DNA of 64,000 bases, from assembly GCA_965200245.1 (NCBI GenBank), contig CBDATS010000015.1:96001-160000 (forward strand), read 5' to 3'. The notes below the pieces were generated by a model. That model searched no databases. It was not told the origin of the DNA and saw only the letters and a list, made by a program, of their open reading frames with translations. This document shows, piece by piece, positions 63,934 through 64,000 of this stretch (its first letter is position 1; each line of letters starts with the position of its first letter). A program made the position numbers and the translations under genes. This DNA comes from a bacterium (lineage in GTDB: Bacteria > UBA8248).

Positions 63934-64000
63934 TCCCGATGAGGAGTTGTCTATAGAGTAAAACGCCGCGTCTTGGTAAAATCATACCCTCGTTCGACAA

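Noticed and set aside
1-64000. CRISPR arrays, rRNA, tRNA (including selC) and prophage genes
   Set aside because: None recognised by eye; a covariance-model search would be needed to exclude small RNAs

Overview
Bacterial chromosomal window. Core genes are the rimP-nusA-ylxR-infB-rbfA-truB-rpsO-pnp block, hup, miaB, a UvrD/PcrA helicase, ada and an acetoin/2-oxoacid dehydrogenase E1a-E1b-E2 set, interspersed with catabolic and transport genes. All family calls are from motif recognition by eye; no database search was run. Three things stand out. (1) Two genes cut short in the ORF track at an in-frame TGA that sits exactly at a redox cysteine position: an AhpD/CMD-like protein (CNN-U) and a DsbA/FrnE-like protein (CVH-U-AWC). 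Both TGAs are followed by a hairpin of identical geometry (13-nt spacer, 8-bp stem, GGNC loop), so these are probably selenoproteins with a shared SECIS. (2) A RiPP locus at 2.6-5.6 kb: an NHLP-leader precursor with a very short core, a putative prenyltransferase-like maturase and a truncated class II terpene cyclase-like gene. (3) A decaying defence region at about 27-37 kb, where an intact ATPase + HNH (Septu/PtuAB-like) pair is nested in remnants of a DUF499/DUF1156-type operon, near a broken XRE-ImmA/PIN/ATPase operon that faces a multi-ubiquitin-like gene. An internally deleted IS256 with a 9-bp target duplication disrupts an amidohydrolase, and many accessory genes show stops, frameshifts or deletions.
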